A DNA stretch of 63,974 nt, the filler included, from Intoshia linei (taxonomy: Eukaryota > Animalia > Orthonectida): the NCBI GenBank assembly GCA_001642005.1. It is 5 parts of 5 records of this genome, joined end to end, with 100 filler letters (N's around TTAATTAATTAA, not from the genome) between each part and the next. Parts side by side here need not be neighbours in the genome. Positions count along the whole stretch, not along the records: positions 38,909 to 56,265 come from LWCA01000807.1; 4 more parts are not named here. One strand, given 5' to 3'. Shown one piece after another: positions 39,409 to 54,300 of the stretch (position 1 is the stretch's first letter; each line of letters begins with the position of its first letter). The position numbers were made by a program, and so were the translations under genes. The notes under the pieces are model-generated. The model saw only the letters and a list, made by a program, of their open reading frames with translations. It ran no database searches and was not told the DNA's origin.

Positions 39409-42267
39409 TTATAAAATAATAAATTTATTTCTGTGTCACTATTTATCCCAGTTAATCCCAAAACTTATAATAAAAATCTCTCCTTATTATAACCAAAAAA
39501 TTCATCAATTCTATATTATATTATTATACACTACAGCTAGTAGTAATATATCATATATTTTTAAATTGCCCCTAACTTAATTAATCGCACCCTGGGAGGC
39601 GATATCGCCCACTTTGGTAGCTCCTGGTTAAAGTTTAAAACTATGAATTTTCACTTAGATTGAACAGTAGCTAATTGACTAATATAGTTTAAATACATAT
39701 AGTTTATTATAATAATGAAAGTTAAGGAATTTAAATTAATGTAAACAGTTTGATATTGGAATTGAAAATTATAAGATTTTAGGTATTATTGCAAATTATC
39801 TGAGAGACTTTGTCTTTATATATCATGGATATTAAAATGATTTAGAAAAGTCACATTTCAAAGGGTTGAGATAAATTTATTTTTTAAATTATTTATCAGA
39901 CATTTATCAATGACTTTATGATTCTACTTCAAATCCTACTCTTTGAAACAAACGTCAGCAATAATTATAATCAGGTTGGTAACTATTAATTTTTCATAAG
40001 ATGTTAGAATGTCAATATTAAATATTAGATGAATTAAATTCTGTTAGATAAATTTATGATTATGAAATTATACAGTGACTAAATTCACTAAAACCTTAAA
40101 ACATTAAAATGTTTAATTATTTAAAAATATACAACTAATATATTAACGAGACTGCTCAGTGCGCATGTCATGTCATTAATTTGTAAAAATTCTTTTATAA
40201 AATCTAAATAAATCCTTATATCAAAAAAATTTGGATATCTAATAAATTAGATTATGATCAGTAAATTTTAATAATATTTATTTATTATCACAATTTAATG
40301 ATAGTGTATTTTTATGAATAGATTTATAAACATTTTTTATTTCGTCTTTTCAAAAAACCGAAATATTACATGATTTGATTTTTCCTTAATATTATCTTTA
40401 TAATAAAAAACGACATTTTAATCAATATCGATACTTGATTATATTGATAAAGTCTCAATTCTAATTTGAATTTCATTTCAACAATTATATTTAAGAATGA
40501 CAATCAAAAACACACAAGATCCGTTAGTCAGCTGGATTCATCCATTAATGGTTAGTTTTAACATGTTATTATTTTTATAATAGATTGATTTCATAAAAAA
40601 ATATATATTTTTACGATAAAAAAGTTAATACAGTTTATTTTTATGTTATAGTAATTTTTATCGATAAACAATTAATTTTGATTACTATTTTATAACAAAA
40701 ATTCATATCATGTATTATTTATATATAAAAATTTTTTCTCAATTCCCTAATTTCAGATTCTCAATAATTTTATATTTTTTTTGTTCTACATACAAATTGT
40801 ATATCTAAATTTAATTATTTTTAATCAATTTTCCTAATTTAAATTTTGGAGTCATTTTAAGTTATTTTTGTTATTAATGAATTGACATATCACTAGTTAA
40901 TAAGTATAAATTATATACATCATGACTAAAATTGATTATTGAAGGTGTAAATCTAATTGCGAATAAAATTATGTTTTAAAATTTAAATAAATTATATACA
41001 GTTTATTGTTATCATTTATGTGGGCGACAAATATTACATTATTATTTGATAAATCTGATTATAAACTTTACATGGACTGAATATAATTTTAATCAAAATT
41101 CAACATGTTTTGGATAATATTAATAAATATTAAATGATTACTAGGTTTTTTGTTTTTCATACTATAATTTTAACGTGTATATAAAAATAAAGAATAATAA
41201 ATTTTTGTATTAACATAACATAAATTATATATTGTAAGGTCCATACTTAAATAAAATAATTTAAAATTGAAACACATACATTTGTATTTGTATATTATAC
41301 ATTGTATAATAATCAGAGATTAATTAATCCACCTTTAAATAAACTATACGCTTATGTCTCCACTCAATCACTTCAAAACAGTGTTTAAAGTTTAATATTA
41401 CGTTAATATCGAATAGTTCAAAATAAAGAGTTAATAAATACAATACTTTCCATCATTTATTATATTTATCTTTTATTTTGCTAAAATATATTTGATACTC
41501 ATTTTAATTATATTTTTAACTATTATTTTTGTTTAATGCAATCTTAGATATAATAATTTATATCATAAGATTAATGTAGTCTAATTTAGCATTGTCAAAT
41601 TAATATATTACTTTCCTAAATAGGGCAAAAATATCTGTACAGAGTACAACTCTAAAAAATCTAAAAAATAATACATAATCTATTTATACACAGTTTAATT
41701 CAAATACAATATATATATACAAATATATATAATGTATAACCAAAATGTTTCAAACTTATGTTTAATTAATATCATTATTTATTATGACCTAAAAAACATT
41801 ACAATCATTTTTGATAACAACAATTTATTGTCTATTTTAAATTAATGTTTCACGTGCATAACTACATTTTTTAGATAGATTTATCATGTAAACAAAGCGA
41901 TTTTTAGCATATGAAGCATGGGTTCTTAACCTGGGGTGTCAAAACAGTTTATTGGGAGGTATGCCATAAAAATTTTGAATAAAAATTATTTTATAGCTAT
42001 ATTTTTTAAATTGAATCAAGTTTCGAAAATAAAGTTAAATTAATGTCAAATTCTGTTTATTAATATAACATTTTTAAATATGTAAATATTAAAATATGTC
42101 ATAACATATGGGTATTCGTTATTAATTCACTAAAATAAATAATATTGATAAATCGGATAAATCACAGTGTTTTTTATGTTCAAAGGATTTTTCTAATTCA
42201 AATTTAAAGCCATTTTTAGCCATTTCATATATCATTTTTTTGTTACCCTAGTTATAATATTGAATTA

Positions 42268-42396
42268 AGGGGTGTCCAATGTCCACAATCTTTCCACCAA
42301 TTCAGTCGCAACGTTAGTTTACGCATTGATACTACCGCCGCAAATAAACGGTAGAAGGCCGCATGCAGCTGTACGACCGCGGTTGTGCACCCCTGA
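42268..42396 (-). mobile_element. Short hAT-type MITE, same family as 61801-62778
   Basis: Shares the CAGGGGTGCACA end and GTAGTATCAATG...CTGAATTGGTGGAAAG.TTGTGGAC. Confidence 0.7.
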
Positions 42397-42879
42397 TCTA
42401 GTGCATAGGTTCTTAACCTGGGGTGCCAAACCGGTTTTTGGGTCTGCCAGAATATTTTTGAATAAAAATTATTTATTTATTTCTATTTATTAATTATCTT
42501 TTTTAAATATTAAATATTTTAATATGTATATTAGGGTGTCAATTTTTTTTTATTAGAATAACCCTTTATGCACGTGGATGCCTTTTTTGATTTTAAGCAT
42601 TTATCAAAAAAAATGAAATGGGTTAATATACTAACTAAATTAACTCCATCCACTAATTTTAAAGAAAACATGATATTGTGACATAGCTTCCTTATTCCTT
42701 AATATATTTTTTTGAAAATTGACATGCAATATAAGCATATCAATATGTTGTCATCGTAAAAAAATTTTTTCAAAAAAACCAAAATTAAAAAAGTTATTAA
42801 TCAAATAGTTAAAATCAAATTAAATAACGTGTCCACGATCATAAAAACACTTATAATTAAATTATAATATTTTTATTAA

Positions 42880-43220
42880 AATCGTATTTTTTAAAAAAAT
42901 ATTGGGAAAAGTGGATTCTTCACTTAAGGTTTCGTAAAATTAAATATTTTATTATAGGTTTTGGATTAAGAATTTGTTTCTCATAAGATTTAGTAAAATT
43001 TCATTTTTCAAAAAAATATTGGAAAAAGAGGACGTTTCCATTGAGTGTTGGTAAAATTTGATTTTTATGTTGGAATTGGAATGCGAGGTTTTTCTCATAA
43101 GATTTTGTAAACTTGTGTTTTTCAAAAAAATGTTGGAAAAAGGGGATTTTTTATTTTTGGGTTTGATTAAATAGATTTTTCTCATAAGGATGGTAAAATC
43201 GGATTTTTAAAAAAAGTATC
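42880..43220 (+). repeat. Degenerate ~90-bp tandem repeat family (related copies at ~9940-10100, 56130-56265 reverse, and 62150-62420)
   Basis: Recurring TTTTYAAAAAAATRTTGGAAAAAG...TTTCTCATAAGATTT units. Confidence 0.6.
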
Positions 43221-43316
43221 TATAAAAATAAAATAATATTTTTTATTAAATACTATTAAATTTTATTAATGGTTGAATAAAATAGGTATTTTTGAAATAA
43301 TATAGATATTATCTAT

Positions 43317-43484
43317 TTATATAGTCATGTTTGCATTTAATATGGTCATATTTGAATTTAATAGTCATGTTTATTATTAGTCATAGTAATTATGACTATA
43401 TCAAATTCAAATATGACCATATTAAATGCAAACATGACTATATCAAATACAAACATGACCTTATTTAGTGCAAACATGACTATA
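43317..43484. repeat. Foldback of ~21-bp tandem units
   Basis: ATAGTCATGTTTGCATTTAATATGGTCATATTTGAATTT is mirrored by AAATTCAAATATGACCATATTAAATGCAAACATGACTAT. Confidence 0.85.
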
Positions 43485-44559
43485 TAAAAAGAGAACGTTT
43501 ATAATATCCTAACTTATATAATATGCTACGCGATTTTTGTTCAAACCAAATTTTTTGTACCGTATAAACAGGGTTGTCAATTGTTTGGTCTGCCCATATA
43601 TAATGAATTTTTATGAAAAATTCAACACTGCAAAGATTAAATCGGTGACGCAAAATGAAAAAATATCTCATAGCCGAATCGATGTCTCTTTTTTATTTGA
43701 TTTACATTTTTGGCGAAAAGTGTGTAAAATTGAAAAATATTATTCGAAAAAATTGTCAAATTTATTGCATTTCATTATTAATTTGAAATTTATAGTACAA
43801 AGTTGAATTTTTCAAGTTAAATTAAAATTTTTTATGTATCTAAAGTTTACATTCTAAAAATGTAAATGTATAAACCTGATCCAAATAAATAGCTATCGAT
43901 TAATTAATTTTGGTGTAATTATACTAATTGAAATTTGATTCCAACTAAAATCTTATAAATATGATTAAATTAATCTATAATAAAAGAGCATTTAAAATGA
44001 AACGATAATATTGCATAATTGAGAAATCATTTTTAATTTAAATAAATTTTAGTGATTGTGAAATGAATTATAATGTATTTCTCATAATTCTTATTGATTA
44101 AAATTCAATTTTCAAAATAATTCAAAAAAATCTGTCGATACACAATCACCTGTTGTTAAAATTAACATATAAATAGCAAGAAATTAATTATTTTAAAAAT
44201 CGAAACATTCATGGAATATTAATATAGCTTATTATAGACTGTCAAATTTAATGGGCCAATATTGGCTGTATATGTTTTTGATATTATTGAAAATCTATAA
44301 TTAATATATGTACTTGATCTTGTATTTATATATGTATACAGGAATAAATAAAATTATTAATGCAATGCAAAGATAATTCTGATTCAATTATAAATACAAT
44401 AGTGGGTTCAAAAATTTAAAGGAGAATAATATTTGGTTTAATAGAAATGAATATAAATGAACTTAGACACTATTACATTAAATCATTGCCATAATTATAT
44501 TAAATATAAACTTAATTTCTGAGAATAATACAATTTTCATTTCTTTTACCAAAAGTATA

Positions 44560-47500
44560 ATGGAAAATAAAACTGAAATTTTTAATGTATTTTAATTTAA
44601 TTATGTTAATATTTTTAATTTTATTAAATTTAGAAATTGGTGAATGAAAATCAAAATAAAAGGAGTTTTAGTGGAATCATAATTTCAGTTGTAACCATTA
44701 TATGCATTTTATCCTTGTTGGGATTAACGATATATTTTGTTAAAGGTAAATTTATTTAATTTTTTAAAATTTAAATAATAAAATTTAGATTCTGGAGTTA
44801 TTCCCAAAAAAACTGTAGAATTTGAAGATTTGTTTAACCGCAAGTTTATACCTAGACTTGTAGATGTTCAATGGAGCTCTAGTAAATTTTTTTAATATTT
44901 TTTTAGTTTAATCATAGAGTCAAATGTAATGTATTATTTTGATAATGAAACCAACATAATTTCATACAATGCTGATCGAAATGATACCGAAATATTATTG
45001 AGCCGGAATTATATTGTACATATTACAATATTTAAAAATAAAAATATTTTAGTTTTCGTTCAATATTACCAATTTCTGGGTTTCATTCAGTGGTAAATAT
45101 ATTCTTATGAAATCCGTCACCTCTAAAGTATTCATAATTTCTAGTTATTATTACATGTATTAATAGAATAATCGACATTCAACTTTGGGAATCTATTATA
45201 TTTATAATCTAATTATTGGGTAATAATGCAAGTAAATTAGTGACTCATGTTAAACATGCCTGCTAACAATTTAGATAGTCAAGGGAAGTATGGTATATGT
45301 TTTATAAAGTGATATATTTACGTTTAAAAAAAAATATTTTATTTTTTTATTTTTTTACCTTTTGGTCTACGAAAAAGGTTAGGATATACAAAAAATATGT
45401 TGTAATAATTCGGCCGGTTATGATTTTTGTGTATTAATAAATAAATAATGTATTTTAGGAATATATATACATTTCCAAACAAACAAAAAACATCTCATTT
45501 ACTATTAGCCAAATGGGCTCCGAATTTTGATAAAATTGTATTTTTTATATGCTGATATATTAATTTTATTTAGGTTTATGTAAAAAACACTGATATATTT
45601 ATATCACATTTAAAAAAGGATTTAATAATTAATGTTTCTCAAGAAAAAATTAATGACCTAAATTTGATTAAAAATGGAATTTCGGATTGGTTATACGAAG
45701 GTAAGTATAGATTTATTTATCCAATTCCATTTTCAAAAAATTATTATTTAGAAGATGTTACCAATGATATAAATCAAAATTGGTGGTCTCCAGATGGAAA
45801 TTATCTTGCATATATTAGATTTAATATGACATATGAACCTTTATTTAATTATTCAATTTATCAAACTACAATCCCAAATGACAGATGGGGATACATTGAA
45901 CATCAGAGATATCCAATAGTATACATTTTTAAATACTTTTAATATTTATTTTTAGCCTCATGATCCAAATATAAAAATTCTACCAATTACTCATGTCTAT
46001 ATTTATCATAAAACCACTAAAAAAATTGAATTCAATTTACCATATGAAGATGGGTAGAATTTTCGAATTAAATTGATTTGATTAAAATTAATTTATTTAT
46101 AAAAATAGATTGCACTAGAGAATTATAAATAAATTTAAAATATAAAAATTTGTGAGATTAATTTGTGGAATAAGTTTTCAATTTTTTAAAAATAATCTGT
46201 TTACTTTTTTGTTACATTTATTAATTACCAAATAACTAATATATAATAAATAACCAAATGGGTACCTACTATTACACAATTGTGGTAATTGTGTATTACA
46301 AATGAAACAGAAGGACATTTTTATAATGAGAAAATATATTTATATTTATATTGTTTCGTTTTAGATTTTTAATGAATTTGAATTAATTTAGAAACTATTA
46401 CATATATACCAACAACTGGTTAAATAACACTTGTTTGAGGACCACGTTTGTAGATCGAGCTCAAAAAGAGTACATTTCATACATTGTAAACATTTTACCT
46501 GATGATTCCTTCAAAGTTATAATGGTAAACTTTCCACAAAATTTATCATATAGTTGTCGCTCTGAAAGTGGTAAATTAATAGACTATGATTATTAATGAT
46601 ATTATGAGAAATGCACCTGAGATTAAATTTATAATGATACATGATTTTCAATAGATTACACCAGCCATGTCAAACGCAGATATGTGACATCGGCATTATT
46701 TTTCAAACTTTTCTAGAATTACCTACAGATCAGAATTAGATTAGAAAACAAATCAAGAATTACCTTTATAAACCATTATACAGTCAGACCCCGGTTTTGG
46801 GTTAGTTTTTCAATATCGTGTTAGTTTCATAGTATTTTGTACTATTTCCTATAAATTAGTGTCAAATAAACCTCCGCATTTTAAAATCATAAACATTATT
46901 ATAAATTTAAATTTAAAAAAATATATATTCAGGGCCAAAACCCTAAATTACCCTTTTTTTAATGAAATCAGCCCTATACTTTAAAAAAATTTACAGGTGT
47001 TACAGTTTTATCTTGTTAACACACACAAAAAATTTCAATCCGAATAAGTGACGACTTCACGGTCAAAAAAGCATTTAATTCATATATTTTTTTCCGAAAT
47101 ATATTTTATTATGTGATTAATATTTATTATTAAACAAAAAATATGAAATAATTATAAGAAAATTAAAGTAAAAAATATATACATATACGAAGTCGCGGCG
47201 GGTCGCACTTAAATTTGAAATAAAGCGCATGCAGCAGTGGGCTGCAAGTTTGACACGGCTAGATTACACACTTTTTGAAGATAGATCAATATTAATTGAT
47301 AAATCTCGAAAATATAAAAAATAATAATATTGTAATTTATTGTCAGTTGGAAGAGTATTGAATAAATAAATTCTCAGTTATTAAAAATAAATTTTTGTAA
47401 GATACAAATATGATAAAATCAAGAAAATTATTAAATGTTTAATTTGACTAGAATATTGTATAAATTTTTAATTTAGTTAGTTTCTCAACCTTTTAGTTAT

Positions 47501-49745
47501 CAGTCCTCTCAAATCAATAAATAATAAATCGCTGTAGATTCCTTCTTTAATTTTTTACCATTTAATTTGATTCTATCCGTATCTCCAAGATTTGGGATAG
47601 CATTAAAATATTATTGAATTATTATCCAATCTACCACCAATTTTGATTTCTTTTGAACAAAAAATTATAAAATTTCGTGTAAAAATGTGTATATTTTTTA
47701 AGGTGGTTACTTTTGGGAGAATGACAAGTTAGATTAATATATTAATGAAATATTTAATGTGTTTAAGATAATTCATTCTGTTTTTATAAAGGCTCGCTTT
47801 TGAGACTGACCACGGTATTACATTTAATATTTATTATTGTTATCAATATTATTATCCTTACGTATATAAAGTCAGAGTTAAAATTTGTGTCTGTCTGCGG
47901 ATCTATTCATTAATTTAGAAAAATCACAAATTTTAAGAAAATATTTTCGGCCAATAAGATAAATTTCACTCTCAGAAATTTGCTCTTTACGGTCAAAACA
48001 ACAAATTAATTCTTTTAATTATAATTGAAAAACTAATTTGTCATGAATTTCAGAAACATGGTTTTCATATAAAACGAAAAAATTTTTTAATCTCCAAAAT
48101 TAACACCTATTAACCACACTGATAATAATCGATAAAAATTATAATTTATGGTCCTAGAACTTAAAAAAGATTAATTTGATGAAAGAATTACAGTTTAAGT
48201 GGAATAAGAATTGGGAAAGTCGACCCGTGCAGGGATCTAATTCATATTTCCTTATTTTTATATATAACATTTATAATTTTGAAAAATAAAAATTTATCAA
48301 CCGATAGTTATAATGTAATAAAAATATCTAAAAAATGATTTTTCTAGGAAAATAAAGAATATTCACAAATTGGATGGATTGATGTGGTAATATTTAATAT
48401 TGCATCGTTTCATTACAAAATAAATAAAGTATAACGGGTAAATTAGGGATCTCTGGTTATGATTTATAGAGTCAAAATTAAATAATTTTAATATTAATGT
48501 GGCTAGCAAGTTCTCTACTTTTTTAAAAAAAATTTTAAGTTAAACATTTCAATCCGATTTTATGGGCCCATAATTTAAGATGGAGTGGGTTATATGTTTA
48601 CATTAAATTTCATTTAGCCTAAAAATGTCATTATATATTCAAATTATTCATATCTATCAATAATGCCTAAAGCAGAATTGAATTCTGAAGATATTTGGAA
48701 TCATGTAGCTTTAATAAACCTGGAAGTAAGTTAATAATTTGAAATTAAATTTTTTATAATATAAATTGTATTTTTAGTCTTCCCATCGAAATTTAAAATT
48801 TTTAACCTCTGGTCGATACGATATAATATCTTTAGTAAAATTGGACAAATTTAGAAACATTTTGTAATTATTCTTATTTTTTAATCATAATTGTAATTAG
48901 ATATGTTTTATCGACAGGTGGCGACTCAAAAAATCAACTTTTATCTAGGTAACTAATATGCATCATTAAAATAATAGTATATTGTTAGAATCGATATTCC
49001 TCAAAGTCTTAAAAATTTTGTTGATGGAAGCTTGGAAAATCTTTTAGTGGATGAATCTGATAAATATTTGTGTTCTTATGCTAAAGCTAAATTCAGTTAT
49101 AATGGAAATTACCATTTTATGAGTTGCCTTGGTCCAAATATTCCAACATTTTACGTTAGATCATTTTCTAAAAAAAGTAAAATTTAATTAATAAAATGTA
49201 GATAAAATTCAAAATGTTGATAAACTATTTTAATAATATGATTTAGAAGTATTCATTGAATCTAACAATGAATGTAAAAAAAATCTTGCACAATACGATT
49301 ATTATCCCAAAATTAATTATGCCAGAATCAAGCGTGATAACAATATCGGTACTTTTTGGATAACTTTAACAATATTGGAAAACTGTGATGTCACATAATT
49401 TTTAAAAATACAATTACATTATTTTATATTAATAGGCAAATAAATTGAGACACTATCAAAATTTAAAAATTAAATATATTTTAACTGTTTCTGATCGGTG
49501 TACCTGAATAATTCTTTTACATTTTATCTAAGTCAGGGTTTTTTTTGAAATATTTATGAAATTAATAAAATTTATATTTTTATCGACAGGTGATTTCTGA
49601 AATTTTGTTTAAATTTGTTTTGATTAAAAAAATTTAAGCTGCTCCCATTGATCTTTACATATTTAATTTAATTGTAGATATTTATATGGATATACGACAA
49701 CCGCAAAACAATGACACAGATTTACATCCAGTTTTGTTTTATGTG
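44560..49745 (+). CDS. Dipeptidyl peptidase IV family (S9B) type II membrane protein; N-terminal and beta-propeller exons only, catalytic domain not found
   Basis: Transmembrane segment GIIISVVTIICILSLLGLTIYF; NGISDWLYE|ED; WWSPDGNYLAYIRFN; LTSGRYDI; FSYNGNYHFMSCLGPNIP. The last recognisable exon ends LHPVLFYV. Confidence 0.9.
46870..47155 (+). mobile_element. Helitron internal fragment in a DPP intron
   Basis: Near-identical to 22235-22500. Confidence 0.75.
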
Positions 49746-49861
49746 TAATTTTTTATCATATTTTTTAAAACTGACTGTTTGAGTATATGACTTTTTAGTA
49801 GCTTTATTATAGCCCATTTTTATTTTATATACCTTAAATATATATATTTAAATATACTTTA

Positions 49862-51237
49862 CTAGCTTGATATTATGTACTACGTTTTAATAAAAATGTT
49901 TTGAAAATGAAAATTTGAAATTTAAAAATTGCATAGCAATGAAAAAAATTCAAAAGGAATGAATTATATAGATTTTCACCCATATTTCTTTATTGGAAAT
50001 GTGTAGACGTACAATGCACATTTTTTTTGAAATTGTAGGATCAATATTTACATTTTCAATTTTTGATTTTAATCGAAATATTTGAAAAATATTATTTGAT
50101 AATATATTAAAAATTATTTTACACCAGGAATGCGTAGATTTCTCGATATGAACTTTTGTTTTTATATCAACTGGAATATCATAATAATCTTTTTTTTAAA
50201 TTTTCGGACCGTTAATTATTTCACATTTTTTGTTTTAATAAAATATTTCGGAGAAAAATTTATGAATACTAAAATGCTTTTTTGACCGTGAAGTCGTCAC
50301 TTATTCGGATTGAAATTTTTTGTTATTAAAAGGATACAATTGTAAAATCTGTAAATTTTTTGTAAATTCTAAGGCTGTTTTCATTAAAAAAAGAAGGGTA
50401 ATTTGGGGTTTTGGCCCTGAAGATATAATTTTTTTAAATTTATGATAATGTTTATGATTTTAAAATCCGCATCAGCGTATANTTTTGAAATTCTAGGGCT
50501 GTTTTCATTAAATAAAGAAGGGTAATTTATGGTTTTGGCCCTGAAGATATAATTTTTTTAAATTTAAATTTATGATAATGTTTATGATTGTAAAATCCGC
50601 AACAGCGTATATATTTTTTTAAATTCTTTAACTTGTTTGATATGATAACAGTATCAACTGTAAATTTTTTTTAAATTTTTAGAGTATTTTTTTTTATTAT
50701 AAAAAGAATAATTCATGGTTTTGACTCTGAAGATTATATTCCTTATACCTTCTTGAAATTAAAATTTATAATAATATTTATGACTTTAAAATCTGTGTGA
50801 CAATACATATTTTACTTAAATGCTGGGACTGGTTTGATTTAAAAAAAAAGAATAATTGGAGTTTTTGACCGGTAAGATGTAAGTTTCTGAAATATAAATT
50901 CTTCATACTTTCTCCCTCGGAAAAGACTGACTTGAATTTTTGTTGTTAAAATTCTAGAACTCTTAGTAATTGAAATAAACGATAACAGACAGACAGACAT
51001 CCTAACTCGGGATAAGTTCATTTTTGTTATTCAAATATTTTCTGAAATTTTAATTTTGGAAAATTTAAAAATATTTATAACTTATGAATCATAAAGTATG
51101 ACTCATAGTATCAAATGAGCTGATACTCACAGAATAAATTATGATATTCTCTAATAATATTTTTGTAATAATCCCAAAAAAATCTGCCTTCAGAGAGCTA
51201 GGTGCTATTTATACGAAGTAGATAACCGTTAAGCTAG
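49862..51237. mobile_element. Helitron cluster: reverse copy with CTAG end at 49862, duplicated segment around the n at 50482, forward 3' end at 51237
   Basis: A|CTAGCTTGA...ATGTACTACG; 50350-50481 is repeated at 50483-50610; ...TTAAGCTAG|T. Confidence 0.8.
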
Positions 51238-51303
51238 TCATATATAAAATATCAAATTTAAAATTAAAATGATGAAAATTTCTAAAAATCGCATCAATTT
51301 TAG

Positions 51304-54300
51304 ATCAATTAAGGCCGACTGTAATATCATTTACGGAATCAAATGAAGAAATTATGGAAATACTATTTAAAGAATTAGATCATTACGAATACAATTTATT
51401 TGCAATATATAATGATTTTATAAAAAATTCAATAAACGAAAAACCCAAATTAGCTGATATTCCTGAAAATTCTGAAAATCTAAATATGGACAAAGAAATA
51501 ATTTTCTGCAAGGAAACATTAAAAAAGATTGAATTAATAACGTCACTATTATTCGACCATTATTTTATTTCATTGTCAAAATACATGGGCATATTAAATG
51601 TGTCCTTAGACATACAATCTAATCTATCCCAGCCAGAATTTTACATTGACATAAAATCTGGATTTGAATTTCCAATGTTGATTGGTCAAAAGATGATAAA
51701 ATGGGAAAAGGAAAAAGTAAACTTGAATGCAAAAATACTCGGAATCCACAAAAAAAGTACGCTAAAAAATGAAAATGATAAATTATACATACCACTATAC
51801 GGAAATATAAAACAGGGTACCGAATGGAAAAAAATTGAAATTTCAATGTTGATAAAAGACCCGATAGATGGTCAAGAAAGTAAAGTGAATGGTTTATTTT
51901 ATGATGAAAAATTGGATGTAATAATTCCTAGAACATTATCAAACACCAAACATCCACTTAAACCTGTAGAAATAAAATTGACCTTTGATGATTTGAATAA
52001 TGAACGTATTGAAATTGAGAGATACTACAGTGGTTTAGATTATTTTATAATTGGGATACGTAAATACTTGGTACAATTTGTGATTGAATGTGAAAATTTC
52101 AAGATAATTGAACGGATTGAAGGGACAGAAGGAGCAGATGACCAAAATCCAGAAATTGAAGAATTAAGTTTAATAAAATTGGATGAATTTTACAAACGAT
52201 TTTGTTCCTTTAAATATAACTTTAAAAAGCGAATTGGAAATGTTTTGTATAATCCATATATTTATTATCTATTGGAAAATTTTGATAAATATTTAACTGA
52301 ATTTGTAAATGATTTTGTCAAAGAGGCACATAGATGCAGTTCTCTATGTTCAAATTTTTGTATTCAATCTAAAAACATTTCAAACATGTTTCGTGAGCAG
52401 TTTATGGACATTTATGTGTGTACAAGCGATTCTAAAATGGTCAGTAAATCGTCTATTGAGGCCCTTGAATCTTTAAAAGCTAAATTTAAAAAAATTGGTG
52501 AAAATTTAGTATTAAAATATAAAACTACTTTATATAAAAAATGTATTAATTTGGACGAAATTTTCACTAAAATGAATACTATTAAAGTATCTCATCGATC
52601 TCTAATTAAAATTTTATTATCCAATGTGAAAAATGGACACGCTAATCATTTCTACTTGTATATCAAAGATAAAGAATTTTCGCATGCCGGATTGGAAACA
52701 AATGTTGCAGAAAATGAAACTTCTGCCTTAGCTAAACTGTTGTCTAATGTTTTAAACATATTGAATAGCAATCAAAACCAGAATCTAAACGACAAAAATA
52801 AATCCAAATCAAATTCAGAGACGAAAATTGACAATGTGTCTATTGTGGGGAAATACTTGAAAGATTTTTCAACATGTACACATGAATCCAATATTCAAAA
52901 ATATTTGTCCACTTACAACATAGAACACGATTACAAGGTAGGAAACTTATTTATTGGTCAAATTTCATACATTTTCAATATTTTGTGGACCAACATTATT
53001 AATGATGGTAAAAAAACTACTGATATAGTTCATGGGTTTATTAATAAATTTTGTGTGGATTTGCAAGAAAAAATTGAAAAAATAAATAAAATTGATAAAA
53101 TTGCTAAATCTAGTTCAAATAATGTTAATTCCTTGGATCATTATCAAAAAAATTTTAATGAAAACCAATCCAATGTATCTTATTTTGTTCAAAATTTATT
53201 TGACAATTTTACAAAAACAATATCATCCTTTATCGAAGATCGTACTTTGGATAAATTGAACAAAATTAGAGAATTAGAACTTTTCTATCGGAATGAAAAT
53301 ATTAAAGAAAAATTTGAAATTTTTTTAAATATAGGTTATCAAGATATTAAAAATGGTACAATGGAGTTTATTGGCAATGTAATTAAAAATTATGTAAAAT
53401 TTTTCGAATCTTTGAATGGTATCGATTCATTAGATTCAAATTCTGATTTTGATTCCTATTATGAATTTGCATCAAATTTAAAAGAATTAAACATTTGGGC
53501 AAATAATTATGTTCAAAACATTCAAATTTTACCTTCCAATGAATTTTTATCTCAAAATTTAACTTTTTTACTTAAATATTTGCTAAAATTAGAATTGGTT
53601 TCACATCAAATATCAATTATTCATCAAGAAGGGTTGTGTCGTAGTTGGACCGATAAAACCAACAAATTATTGAAATTTAACTTAAAATTGACTAAATTTT
53701 GTCAATTTTATTACATTTCACAAATGGGTGATGCATTGAAAAATTCTTGCCAGGACTTGGTTGATGAGGATAATAAACTCTACATAAAATCATTAAACCT
53801 TTTAATTTCATCTATAACAGATTCTACACAAAACATTATATTTTCACTAAAAATACCGTTGAGTACCTCGTGGTTGTCAAATTTCCATGAAATTTGGGAA
53901 AAATATAAAAATATTCCATTCAAGTTAATTACTGAGCAACCTCCAACCCATTTAACCCCAACAGACACGAAAAATTATATGGAAGAATACATAAAAATAT
54001 ACAAAAATACTCGTGAAACAATAATTGGAAAGTATACTCAAAGATTTGAGTCAATATCGATCGATTTGTCCCAAGAAATTTTAGAAATTCAATTAAATAA
54101 AAAAATTTACCATTACACCCCAATACAAGTCGATGAATTATTGAAAACCATCATTATGCAAAACAAGACAATATCAAATGAAATAATTTCAATTCACACT
54201 AAAAAAATGGCAAACTATTTACAAAACTTGATAATGCAATGTCATTATAAAATTAAATTAGAAAACAAACTAATTTACATGTATAAAAATGTTTCCAACT

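Noticed and set aside
39620-41900. Long, extremely AT-rich gene-free stretch
   Set aside because: No ORF, repeat structure or motif that I can support.
50350-50610. Direct duplication around a single n
   Set aside because: Most likely an unmerged contig overlap between Helitron copies rather than a biological duplication.
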